From NCBI GenBank assembly GCA_963847185.1, contig CAWJYV010000008.1, positions 1-64,000 of the forward strand: a DNA stretch of 64,000 nucleotides, written 5' to 3'. The notes under the pieces are model-generated. The model made no database searches, was not told the origin of the DNA, and was given only the letters and a program-made list of their open reading frames with translations. Below, piece by piece: positions 1 through 9,044 of the stretch. The first letter of the stretch is position 1. Every line of letters starts with the position of its first letter. Made by a program: the position numbers and the translations under genes. Source of the DNA: an uncultured Methanosarcinaceae archaeon. Lineage in GTDB: Archaea; Halobacteriota; Methanosarcinia; Methanosarcinales; Methanosarcinaceae.

Positions 1-174
1 CAAAGGAAATTATAGTTTCCATAATTTATAATTATTCTATTATATATTTTTAATATTTAGCCGGTTCCTGAAAGCTTATTAGTTCTACTTTTAATTCTAT
101 CTTCTAATTATTATAAATTTTGTCTAAAATTGTTAAATATCATGAAGTCTTTTATTATTTGCGGAGGATTATGT

Positions 175-543
175 ATGAGTGATTCTAATAGTGGAGAGAT
201 ATTTGACCTTAAAATTAGTAAATGGGTTCTGGGTATAGATGAGTGTGCTTTTGAGAATCTTAGTGCCATCGGGAAAAATAAATCTACGCGTCAATACCTG
301 ATCGAGTCGGTTGATAGCTGGGTAAACAAAGAAGAAGTAATTTTAACGGACAAATTCATTTCTGAAATATGTGACTTTATTAAAAGTGAAAATGAAGAAC
401 TTTATGATCGTTTGATAAAGAAATGCGCTCTAAAAGGAATTAGTGTAGGTGAAGGTATATTTGAAGCGCTAAATTTGTTGAACTGTAGAATGTTAAATGA
501 GCAACAGTGTAAGCCGGCTGGCGATGACGTCTGTGATAGATAA
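175..543 (+). CDS. hypothetical protein (~122 aa)
   Basis: ORF 130..543; GGAGGA at 163-168 precedes in-frame ATG 175; no recognisable motif. Confidence 0.6.
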   Translation: MSDSNSGEIFDLKISKWVLGIDECAFENLSAIGKNKSTRQYLIESVDSWVNKEEVILTDKFISEICDFIKSENEELYDRLIKKCALKGISVGEGIFEALNLLNCRMLNEQQCKPAGDDVCDR

Positions 544-710
544 TGTATTATAATGTATTCTGTCTACTTTAATACACTACAGTAGAGAATTTTAACAAAT
601 TTCATATTTCTTATTTTTTTGCAGTCTAAGCTTTCTTGTTATCTGAAAACAGGTTTCTTTTTTGATACATCTTTAAATAAGACTCATACATATTTTTTGT
701 TGGGATTATT

Positions 711-1280
711 ATGGACTATATCGAAATCTGGAAAGAAGTCATGCAAAGGCCTTCTGATTTTTACAGAAAGATGCCAACGACCGGTGGATATGTTGATCCG
801 CTTACCTTTGCAGCAATCAGCTATATAATATACGGGCTTTTAGCTGCACTTTTTAACCGTGGAATGATGGGAGGTATGTATGGATATGGTATGATGGGTG
901 GTGGAGGATTCAGCCTTTCCAATGCACTTATGGCTGTAATTATGATACCTATTGTAGGTATAGTCTCTATTTTTATCGGAGCTGCAATAATCCATATTAT
1001 TTATAAATTACTTGGCGGAACCGGAACTTATGAAGGCACTGTAAGGTTCGTATCTTATGCAACTGCGGTGTTGGTAATCTCCTGGATTCCTATCATTGGC
1101 TGGATTTTTGGGCTTTATGGAATATATCTTTATATCGTAGGCGGTATGTTTGTGCACAATGTAAGTATGGGAAAATCTGCAATAGCCATATTCCTGCCTA
1201 CAATACTGGTCTTCTTACTTGCCATGATTATTGCAGTTATTGTAGGAATATTCGCATCTTCCATGATTTTTTCCTCCTAA
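711..1280 (+). CDS. YIP1-family membrane protein
   Basis: about five hydrophobic segments; N-terminal 'WKEVMQRPSDFY' and 'GGTGTYEGTVR' typical of archaeal Yip1 proteins. Confidence 0.8.
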   Translation: MDYIEIWKEVMQRPSDFYRKMPTTGGYVDPLTFAAISYIIYGLLAALFNRGMMGGMYGYGMMGGGGFSLSNALMAVIMIPIVGIVSIFIGAAIIHIIYKLLGGTGTYEGTVRFVSYATAVLVISWIPIIGWIFGLYGIYLYIVGGMFVHNVSMGKSAIAIFLPTILVFLLAMIIAVIVGIFASSMIFSS

Positions 1281-1423
1281 TTCGATTATCTCCTTCTTGG
1301 AGATTATATCTCATTTTTTATATTCTGTCTATTAAGTTCTTTAGAACGCATTGCCTCAAGCTAAATATTTATATATGAGAAATTCCTTTAATTGATCTAC
1401 ACGACCAAGGCGTGATTAAGATT

Positions 1424-1495
1424 GCCAAGATGGCGGAGCGGCTACGCAATCGCCTGCAGAGCGATTCCATTCCGGTTCGAATCCGGATCTTGGCT
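1424..1495 (+). tRNA. tRNA-Cys(GCA), type I copy 1
   Basis: acceptor GCCAAGA/TCTTGGC, anticodon arm ATCGC-CTGCAGA-GCGAT, T arm TCCGG-TTCGAAT-CCGGA, U73; TTTATATA at 1368, T-run after. Confidence 0.97.
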
Positions 1496-1559
1496 TTTTT
1501 AAATACTCTATCAATCTAAAAATTTATATGCTATCAAACTCTATTAGAATATACAGACT

Positions 1560-1631
1560 GCCAAGATGGCGGAGCGGCTACGCAATCGCCTGCAGAGCGA
1601 TTCCATTCCGGTTCGAATCCGGATCTTGGCT
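1560..1631 (+). tRNA. tRNA-Cys(GCA), type I copy 2
   Basis: identical to 1424..1495; own TATA-like AATTTATATG about 30 nt upstream. Confidence 0.97.
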
Positions 1632-1712
1632 TTTCTATAAAAATATTAATCTTTTTTCGATTTTCTTTGTAGAACTTTTTGGCTCATTTCTTGTTTTATT
1701 TTTCAAATAACT

Positions 1713-1834
1713 TTAGTCCTTGAAAGAAGCATAACGCAATGAAATGGACTTCGTACCGTTGAGCTTATAGTGCAATTCCCGGAAAATCTTCAATTTCCTG
1801 TGATCCGGATCTGAACTCGATGAGTGAAACTTGG
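1713..1834 (+). repeat. REP/MITE-like palindromic repeat, degenerate long form (copy A)
   Basis: TTAGTCCTTGA...GGACTTCGT...GCAATTCCCGGAAAATCTTCAATTTCCTGTG aligns with copy C and, at its ends, with copies at 2106 and 61504. Confidence 0.65.
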
Positions 1835-1860
1835 AAAGCGTAATTAGGGAAGAACTTGAT

Positions 1861-1885
1861 TTCGGTTCTAGCCCAAATCCTGGTT
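1861..1885 (+). pseudogene. highly decayed tRNA-Cys 3' end
   Basis: TTCGGTTCTAGCCCAAATCCTGGTT matches 17/25 nt of the tRNA 3' end and follows a repeat copy, as the other fragments do. Confidence 0.45.
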
Positions 1886-1951
1886 TTCCACTTACAATTG
1901 ATCTATCTAAAAATTTATATATTATGTGCACTTTATTAGAATATGCAGACT

Positions 1952-2023
1952 GCCAAGGTGGCGGAGTGGTTACGCAATCGCCTGCAGAGCGATTTACTCC
2001 TGGTTCAAATCCGGATCTTGGCT
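1952..2023 (+). tRNA. tRNA-Cys(GCA), type II copy 1
   Basis: same anticodon arm; differs from type I in G7, D-loop, variable loop and T arm (CCTGG-TTCAAAT-CCGGA). Confidence 0.9.
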
Positions 2024-2105
2024 TCTTTAAAATTTCTTAATGTTTTAATCTTTTTACTTTTTTGTAGAATTTTTATCCATTGCCTTATCCAATTTCTTCA
2101 TCACC

Positions 2106-2170
2106 TTAGTCTGCTTGAGCGAAGCATAGCGTAGCGAAACAGACCTCGTGCTCCCGACTCGGAACTCGGG
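2106..2170 (+). repeat. REP/MITE-like palindromic repeat, short form (copy B)
   Basis: TTAGTCTGCTTGAGCGAAGC...CAGACCTCGTGCTCCCGACTCGGAACTCGGG; two hairpins; colinear with the reverse complement of 61504..61566. Confidence 0.8.
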
Positions 2171-2206
2171 AGCGACTTACTCCTGGTTCAAATCCGGATC
2201 TTGGCT
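2171..2206 (+). pseudogene. tRNA-Cys 3'-half fragment (nt 38-73)
   Basis: 35/36 identical to 1988..2023, followed by the same TCTTTAAAA trailer. Confidence 0.9.
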
Positions 2207-2445
2207 TCTTTAAAAAATTTAAATGATCTTTCTTCTTTTACAACTTTTTAATTCATTACTTTTTAACCTCTTCAGTTTTAGATTCCCTTATTAAAGTTTA
2301 ATACCAATGTTTCTCAATTTTAACATTTGCGGCTTTTAATAGCTTTCTCGAAAAGGGTATATTCAATCAATCTTGACTTTTCATCTATACTTGATCAATC
2401 TAAAGTTTTATATATTATTGAGTACTTTATTAGAATATGCAGACT

Positions 2446-2517
2446 GCCAAGGTGGCGGAGTGGTTACGCGATCGCCTGCAGAGCGATTTACTCCTGGTTC
2501 AAATCCGGATCTTGGCT
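2446..2517 (+). tRNA. tRNA-Cys(GCA), type II copy 2
   Basis: one substitution (A26G) relative to 1952..2023; homologous promoter TTTTATATA upstream. Confidence 0.9.
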
Positions 2518-2591
2518 TCTTTAAAATTTTTAAGAGTCTATCCCTTTTTCTGAACTTTTTATCCATGCTTTTATCCTATTTCTTCATCACT

Positions 2592-2702
2592 TTAGCTGCT
2601 TGAGCGAAGTACAGCGTAGCGAAGCGGACTTCGTGCTGTTACGATCACACCGCAATTCCCAGAAAATCTCCAATTTCCTGTGCTTCCGACTCGAAACTTG
2701 GG
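2592..2702 (+). repeat. REP/MITE-like palindromic repeat, long form (copy C)
   Basis: like copy B plus a ~47-nt internal segment bounded by GTGCT direct repeats (2633-2637, 2680-2684). Confidence 0.75.
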
Positions 2703-2738
2703 AACGACTTACTCCTGGCTCAAATCTGGATCCTGGCT
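2703..2738 (+). pseudogene. tRNA-Cys 3'-half fragment (decayed)
   Basis: 31/36 identical to the type II 3' half, same trailer. Confidence 0.85.
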
Positions 2739-2854
2739 TCTTTAAAATTTAAAATAATCTTTCTCTTTTTCGTAACTCCTCAATTCATTTTTTATTTCAG
2801 TTTTTATGGTTTTAGGGACTCGACTTTTATATTAGAGAAGACTAATTTTCCGAT

Positions 2855-3469
2855 ATGGACATCGATGAACTCATGCAGAGACTCTTTGAGCTTTATCCGG
2901 AAGGTTATACCGATGGCTTCAGGGAACCTTTTTTTGCGCTAATTTCTACTGTGATGTCCCACAGGACCCGGGATGACGTAACATATCCTGCAGCAAAAAG
3001 GCTTTTCGAAAAATTTTCAACTCCGGTAGACATGGTAAAAGCTGATGTTGGCGAAATTGAGGCTCTTATAAAAGATGTGGGATTTTACAGGGTCAAATCC
3101 GGAAGAATAAAGGAAATTTCTCGAATCCTTCTGGAGAAATACGATGGTAGGGTGCCTGATGATATGGATTCTCTTCTCGAACTGCCCGGAGTCGGCCGAA
3201 AAACAGCAAACTGTGTGCTTGCTCATGCCTTCTTTAAAGATGCTCTTGCGGTAGACACTCATGTTCATCGAATTTCAAACAGACTTGGACTGGTAGAGAC
3301 GAAAGATCCTGAAAAAACGGAGATTGAATTAAAAAAGATATTTCCACAGAAATACTGGAAACATATAAATCTCTTGCTTGTAAAACTAGGGCAAAATATC
3401 TGCAGACCTATTTCTCCAAGGTGTGAAGTGTGTGTCTTGAATGATATGTGTCCTAAAATTATTCTTTGA
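2855..3469 (+). CDS. nth: endonuclease III
   Basis: HhH motif LPGVGRKTA, AVDTHV, C-terminal C-x6-C-x2-C-x5-C [4Fe-4S] motif. Confidence 0.95.
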   Translation: MDIDELMQRLFELYPEGYTDGFREPFFALISTVMSHRTRDDVTYPAAKRLFEKFSTPVDMVKADVGEIEALIKDVGFYRVKSGRIKEISRILLEKYDGRVPDDMDSLLELPGVGRKTANCVLAHAFFKDALAVDTHVHRISNRLGLVETKDPEKTEIELKKIFPQKYWKHINLLLVKLGQNICRPISPRCEVCVLNDMCPKIIL

Positions 3470-3707
3470 CAGAGAGTTTCCGGTGGCCCAAAAAAACTTC
3501 GAAAACGAAATACTGAGACTTCTTTAGGGCTGGAAAAACCCTTAAGATAATACGAGATTATTTATATAAAGCTGGCATTTAGCAGGCAAAAGGGTTATGC
3601 GAATCCCTTCTACGGTGTAAATTAATTTCAAATATAAGTTATCTACAAATTATCAGTAATCTGACTAATATTTTCGTATATTACTCATCACATTTGCGAG
3701 GTCAAGT

Positions 3708-4886
3708 ATGTTTCAGATAGGAGAAGCATTAATGGGGCAGGGCGCAGAACTTGCCCATGTCGATTTGATGATAGGAGACAAGGGAGGTCCCGTAGGACAG
3801 GCTTTTGCAAACGGCCTGACTCAGCTTTCAGCAGGGCACACTCCGCTTCTGTCCGTTATCAGGCCAAACCTGCCGCCTAAACCTTCAACTCTCATTATCC
3901 CGAAGGTTACAGTAAAGAACATGGACCAGGCATCAAAAATTTTCGGGCCTGCCCAGTCAGCAGTTGCAAAGGCAGTGGCAGATTCAGTAGAAGAAGGTGT
4001 AATTTCGAAAGACCAGGTTGAAGACCTTGTCATTGTAGCAAGCGTCTTTATCCACCCTGATGCCCAGGACTACAACAAAATCTACAGATACAACTATGGT
4101 GCTACAAAACTTGCACTCAAGCGCGCTATGGAAGGCTTCCCTGACATCAACACAGTTCTCGAGGAAAGCAACAAATCCACTCATGCTATCATGGGCTTCA
4201 AAGTCATAAGACTCTGGGATCCACCCTACTTACAGATTGCTTTTGACAACCCTAACCTGGAGTTTGTGCTGTCTGCTATTTCCCAGATTCCTAACAGTGA
4301 CCATGTGATTATTGAAGCAGGCACACCTCTTATCAAACGCTATGGTGTGGATGTCATCTCGAAGATCAGGCAGGTCAGACCCGATGCCTTCATCGTGGCC
4401 GATTTAAAGACCCTTGATACCGGAAACCTTGAAGCAAGGATGGTTGCAGACGCTGCAGGCGATGCCATTGTAGTCTCTGCCCTCGCCCCGATTAACACTA
4501 TTGACAAGCTCATTGAAGAAGCTCATAAAACAGGTATCTATGCTGTCATGGACACTCTTAACCAGCATGACCCGGTTTCTGTTTTAAAGCAGCTTAAAAT
4601 CATGCCTGATGTCATCGAGCTCCACCGTGGAATTGATGTAGAAGGCACTGAACATTCCTGGGGCAATATTGCCGAGATAAAGAAGATTGCTCCAAAGGCT
4701 TTAGTTGCTGTTGCAGGTGGAGTCCGTCTCGACAAGGTGCCTGTAGCTCTGAAAGAAGGAGCTGACATTCTTGTAGTAGGACGTGCTATTACCAATGCAA
4801 AAGACGTCAGAGAGATGGCTGAGCAGTTCATTAACAGCCTTAACAAGCCTGAAATTGACCAGTTCAGAGTCATGACTGACTTCTGA
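3708..4886 (+). CDS. fae-hps: bifunctional formaldehyde-activating enzyme / 3-hexulose-6-phosphate synthase
   Basis: Fae N-terminus (IGEAL..AHVDL, FGPAQSAVAKAV) fused to HPS barrel (EAGTPLIK, ADLKTLDTG, VAGG, VGRAIT). Confidence 0.95.
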   Translation: MFQIGEALMGQGAELAHVDLMIGDKGGPVGQAFANGLTQLSAGHTPLLSVIRPNLPPKPSTLIIPKVTVKNMDQASKIFGPAQSAVAKAVADSVEEGVISKDQVEDLVIVASVFIHPDAQDYNKIYRYNYGATKLALKRAMEGFPDINTVLEESNKSTHAIMGFKVIRLWDPPYLQIAFDNPNLEFVLSAISQIPNSDHVIIEAGTPLIKRYGVDVISKIRQVRPDAFIVADLKTLDTGNLEARMVADAAGDAIVVSALAPINTIDKLIEEAHKTGIYAVMDTLNQHDPVSVLKQLKIMPDVIELHRGIDVEGTEHSWGNIAEIKKIAPKALVAVAGGVRLDKVPVALKEGADILVVGRAITNAKDVREMAEQFINSLNKPEIDQFRVMTDF

Positions 4887-5087
4887 GATGACTTAAAATT
4901 CCCTAAAAAGCTTGCCGGAAAAGATTGCCAAACAAGTTGCTAAAAAGTTTTCAATAAAATTGCTAAAAAATTGCAAGAAAATTGCAAGAAAATAAAGTTT
5001 TGCAAACCTTCCGGCAGCAATCTATCAGAAAGCGTTGAAATTCGCGCTTTCTCTTCATTTCTTTTTCATCTTTCAGGAGGGGATTTC

Positions 5088-5756
5088 TTGGGTTTACCAT
5101 TCATTTTACTGAATTGCAAGACTTATATTCAGGGCACAGGCCAGGGAGCAGTAGAAATTGCCAGGGCCTGCAGAGCCGTATCCGAAGAATCAGGTATCGA
5201 GATCGCAGTAGCTCCCCAGCTTCCGGATATTTACAGGGTAGCTTCTGAAGTTGAACTTCCGGTCTTTTCCCAGCATCTGGATGGAATAGGAGCAGGAAGT
5301 TTTACAGGCCATGTTTTCGGGAAATGCATAACAGAAGCGGGAGCTATCGGGACTCTTATCAACCATTCTGAAAGACGTCTGACTCTTGCAGAAATAGAGG
5401 CTTCTCTTGAGGCCGCAAAGAAATTTGGACTACGGACAGTTATCTGTACCAACAATGTTCCTACAACTGCAGCAGCTGCAGCCCTTGGTCCGGATTATGT
5501 TGCAATCGAACCTCCAGAGCTTATAGGTAGTGGAATTCCTGTCTCAAAAGCCGACCCTGAAGTTGTTAGCGGTTCAGTTGAAGTAGTTGCAAAAATTAAT
5601 CCCGGAGTAAAAGTGCTTTGCGGTGCTGGGATTTCGAAAGGAGAAGATCTCAGGGCAGCTCTTGATCTTGGCTCTCAAGGTGTACTTCTTGCATCCGGGA
5701 TCGTAAAAGCTAAAGACCCGAAGGATGCACTGGAAGATCTCATTCGCCTGGTTTAA
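5088..5756 (+). CDS. tpiA: archaeal triosephosphate isomerase
   Basis: LNCKTY, NHSERR, AIEPPELIG, CGAGI; GGAGG then TTG start at 5088. Confidence 0.95.
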   Translation: MGLPFILLNCKTYIQGTGQGAVEIARACRAVSEESGIEIAVAPQLPDIYRVASEVELPVFSQHLDGIGAGSFTGHVFGKCITEAGAIGTLINHSERRLTLAEIEASLEAAKKFGLRTVICTNNVPTTAAAAALGPDYVAIEPPELIGSGIPVSKADPEVVSGSVEVVAKINPGVKVLCGAGISKGEDLRAALDLGSQGVLLASGIVKAKDPKDALEDLIRLV

Positions 5757-5820
5757 GCCTCAGATTTTACTTCTAAAACACTGTAATCAGGAATAATAAT
5801 AAAATTGCGTAAAAAAGAAT

Positions 5821-5848
5821 GCGGCTTTTTCAGCCGCTTTTTTTCTTT
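5821..5848. terminator. hairpin plus T-tract between convergent genes
   Basis: GCGGCT-TTTTC-AGCCGC flanked by A-run upstream and T-run downstream. Confidence 0.55.
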
Positions 5849-5882
5849 GCAGTCTCTTTTAATTACTAGATACTCTTATAGC

Positions 5883-7436
5883 TCACTGATAAGCCTCAAT
5901 AAGAGGTTTGATAGCCTTTGGATCTCCTATTTCTATGAGAATTAAGGCGGTTTCATCCTTAGTTTTCTTATCCTCTGTTTTCAGCTTTTCTATCAGAGGA
6001 TCAACTGCCGGTTCCCCCATATCCTTCAGAGATTCCCTGGAACTGGCTCCATATTCCGTATCATTCATTTTTGCTACAAGAATTCCTGCAACTTCCTTAT
6101 TTTTGGTTTTGCCAAGTGCAAGAAAAGCTTGCTTTCTTATATTTGAATCTGTACTCTTGTCTTCAAGGACATTTTTAAGAGTCTCTACGGCTTTTTGGTC
6201 ACCTATCTTCCCCAGAGCTGAGGCAGCAGCTATTCTGACAGACAGTTTTTCCTCTTTATCGTTCAATATACCTATTAAAGTATCAGTTGCTTCAGAGCTT
6301 CTTATTTCGCCAAGTGCAAGAATAACGCTACTTCTAAGTTCCACGTTTGTGTTTACTGAATCTTTTGCTTTTCCTTCTATAATTTTTCCACTATTCAGGA
6401 CTTCTACCAGGGGCGCTACTGCTGTCTCGTTTCCTATTCTTCCGAGTGCAATGGCTGCGCTTCCTCTTACCCCGGCTTTGTTGTCTCTCAGTTTATTAAT
6501 AAGACCTGGTACAGCTTCTTCTTTTCCCATTTTTCCAAGGGCAATTGCAGCATTGCTTCTGATACTATCGGTTTCACCGTCTTTTATTTGTTGTAGCAGG
6601 ATCTCTACTGCCCTTTCGTCCCCAATTTCTCCAAGCGCAAAAGCTGCACTGCTCTGTACAGGAGGATAATCTCTGTCTAAAATGCCAATCAGTGGATCTA
6701 CTGCAGCCTTTTCTTTTCTTTCCGCAAGAGCCATTACTGCTGCAATTCTCATGCTCCCACTACTGCTTTTAAGGGCTGTGAGAAGTTTCTCAGTTTCGCT
6801 TCCTGTTTCTTCAGGCCCTAATTCTGAGAGTGCAACGGAATCGTAAACACTGGAGTTCTGTTCTTCTGCTTTAAGAGCTTCTTCAAGATCATCTGTTTCG
6901 TCTTTATAGTCCATATTAAGAGAACTTGCAAGGCTTTTTCTCATTGCCGTATCTTTTGCTTCTATAGCCTGCATAATATCTTCCGAGATATCACTTTGCG
7001 TCTGTCCTTCAATATTATTCCAGGCTGTAGTATTGTTTGAAGCTCCCTTCTTTGCAAAATTTTCTAGAAAGGTTTTTTCTACTCTTTCATCTCCAGTTTC
7101 TAGGAGGGCAAGAAGCATATAATTATTTAACTCTTCTGAACTCGAATTATTGGTTTCTATTCGCTCAATGAGAGCATTAGCTGCCGGTGTTCCTGATTTG
7201 CCAAGTTTGGCTGCAGCATCCAGTCTTGCTCCATGAGTACCGTTCGCAAGCTGATTTATTAGATCTGCTATCGCATTTCCTTTTGAAGAGTTGGTTCCTA
7301 TATGGAGAGCTTGACTACCATTACCACTCCCGATACTCTCACTAATCGTGTCCTTACTTAAGGAAATTGAAACAAATATAGAGAGAGTAATAAGGACAAA
7401 TAAAAAAGAAACTTTCCATCTAACATCTGGCATCAT
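5883..7436 (-). CDS. PBS-lyase/HEAT-repeat protein with N-terminal membrane anchor
   Basis: many 'R..AA.ALG.IGD..AV..L' repeats; hydrophobic residues ~9-27. Confidence 0.85.
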   Translation of the reverse strand: MMPDVRWKVSFLFVLITLSIFVSISLSKDTISESIGSGNGSQALHIGTNSSKGNAIADLINQLANGTHGARLDAAAKLGKSGTPAANALIERIETNNSSSEELNNYMLLALLETGDERVEKTFLENFAKKGASNNTTAWNNIEGQTQSDISEDIMQAIEAKDTAMRKSLASSLNMDYKDETDDLEEALKAEEQNSSVYDSVALSELGPEETGSETEKLLTALKSSSGSMRIAAVMALAERKEKAAVDPLIGILDRDYPPVQSSAAFALGEIGDERAVEILLQQIKDGETDSIRSNAAIALGKMGKEEAVPGLINKLRDNKAGVRGSAAIALGRIGNETAVAPLVEVLNSGKIIEGKAKDSVNTNVELRSSVILALGEIRSSEATDTLIGILNDKEEKLSVRIAAASALGKIGDQKAVETLKNVLEDKSTDSNIRKQAFLALGKTKNKEVAGILVAKMNDTEYGASSRESLKDMGEPAVDPLIEKLKTEDKKTKDETALILIEIGDPKAIKPLIEAYQ

Positions 7437-7514
7437 ATTTTATATTTTTTTATTGTTCCCTGTTTATATCACTTTCTCTTTTTATTGGTACAGATCTCAA
7501 AAATATTGTTTTAT

Positions 7515-9023
7515 TTAATCTTTGAGCTTCAGGCTTTTCTTCCTTATTCGGCATCCGAGACCACAAAGGAGGGTTATGACCTCAGCTTCGACAGAGTTTG
7601 CATCACAATCCCCAAAAACAGTTATTCTGTATGTCACTCCAAGCCTCCCCATTTCCTTTATTTCTTTTTCAGCTTCTATCTCATCTATCTTATTAAACTC
7701 TCGGGTCTCTGCTCCATTAGATCCCTTATAAATATCACTGATCTCACAGACCGCAAGGTGTTTATTTATATTTATAGCATTAAGGATAGTTTCAGGGTTG
7801 GCGCTCTCGGGGATAAAAACCGAAACATCTCTTATTGAGTGCTCCAGTTTTTCTTTTCTCCATTCTCTCAATTCGGATTCTGAAAGAAGGCGAAGGTTTT
7901 CAAGTTTAAGTTTTATGAGTTTGTTTTTTATTTGAGGAGCAGTGCCTTTTGAAACCACTTTTGCAAGAACTACTTCATCAGGGCCTACCTTTTCCAGTAT
8001 GCCTACATGGGTTTTTCCGGAATAAAAATGGGAAAAGCCGCAGACTTTCCCGACCGAATTCAGGATAGTCTCGTATTCGGCTATTCTGGAATTAATTAAC
8101 TTATCCGACTTGCGCAGAGCATGAGCAGTATCTCCGTATTTTTGAGAAGCGGCTTTCATTTTTCTTACAAAACCCTCCTCATCATGGGCCTTCACCAGGC
8201 CGGAGAGCTCTTCACATTCCCTGATGAACGCTTCATGTACCTCCAGAACCCCAGGATTTTCCATCTGGATGAGGGCATAAAGGTAGGGGTTCTGGCCTAG
8301 AATCCTGCCTACGAAATCCAGCATTATATCATAAACGGGGCTTACGAATTTCCTGGATTTTTTTACGTCAAAATCTAATCTGTCAATGGTTGTACCTATG
8401 GTAATGTAAGCAAAATGAGTGAGACCCTGGACAACTGAAACAAGCCTGTCATGTTCGGCTGCAGTGGTAATCTCAACGTGAGCTCCGCTTTCCTCAAAGA
8501 GTTCTCTTATTACCGGAAACCATTTTTCCGAACGCCCTTTTACAGGGACAAGGATTACGGTCTGCCCCCTAATAGTACGAATACTTGGGCCGAACATTGG
8601 ATGGGTGCCCAGAATCTCCACATCAGAAGGGGCAAATTTCCTCATGGCTTCCACAGGCTTTACTTTGATGGAAGTAAAGTCCATAAGAAGACTTCCAGCT
8701 TTCATCTTTGGGGCAATTTCTACAATAGTCTCCTCAGTTACGTCGATAGGTACAGAGACTATCACTATATCACTTTCAGGAATGGTTGCTTCAAGATTAG
8801 AAGCAAAAGGAACCTCCAGTTTCCTGGCAATCTCAGTTTTACCCCCTTTTCCCCAGACTGTAACTTGATAGTTTCTTTCTTTGAAAAAACGGGTAAACCA
8901 CTGCCCCATCTCTCCGGTCCCGCCGAGAATCAGAACTCTTATTTTTTCAGAGCTTTCTTTCTGCTGGATCTGGTTTTGAGCCTGACTTTGCTGGAAATGG
9001 TACTTATTTTCTTCTGTTTTCAT
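7515..9023 (-). CDS. tyrA: prephenate dehydrogenase with long C-terminal extension
   Basis: GGTGEMG, DFTSIK, HPMFGP, EHDRLVSVVQGLTH; last gene of the aro operon. Confidence 0.92.
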   Translation of the reverse strand: MKTEENKYHFQQSQAQNQIQQKESSEKIRVLILGGTGEMGQWFTRFFKERNYQVTVWGKGGKTEIARKLEVPFASNLEATIPESDIVIVSVPIDVTEETIVEIAPKMKAGSLLMDFTSIKVKPVEAMRKFAPSDVEILGTHPMFGPSIRTIRGQTVILVPVKGRSEKWFPVIRELFEESGAHVEITTAAEHDRLVSVVQGLTHFAYITIGTTIDRLDFDVKKSRKFVSPVYDIMLDFVGRILGQNPYLYALIQMENPGVLEVHEAFIRECEELSGLVKAHDEEGFVRKMKAASQKYGDTAHALRKSDKLINSRIAEYETILNSVGKVCGFSHFYSGKTHVGILEKVGPDEVVLAKVVSKGTAPQIKNKLIKLKLENLRLLSESELREWRKEKLEHSIRDVSVFIPESANPETILNAININKHLAVCEISDIYKGSNGAETREFNKIDEIEAEKEIKEMGRLGVTYRITVFGDCDANSVEAEVITLLCGLGCRIRKKSLKLKD

Positions 9024-9044
9024 TCTCGGTCTCCAGGTTCATGT

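Noticed and set aside
2106-2206. Confirmed split (trans-spliced) tRNA gene
   Set aside because: No free 5' half or bulge-helix-bulge partner seen, intact genes are adjacent, and the other fragments are decayed; kept only as a hypothesis
1528-2603. Short ORFs over the tRNA-Cys cluster
   Set aside because: They are translations of tRNA and repeat sequence
1424-2750. Integrated virus or island bounded by tRNA att duplications
   Set aside because: Only about 150-230 bp separate each tRNA from its 3' fragment; no integrase or cargo
5908-6669. 253-aa antisense ORF
   Set aside because: Mirror frame of the HEAT-repeat gene
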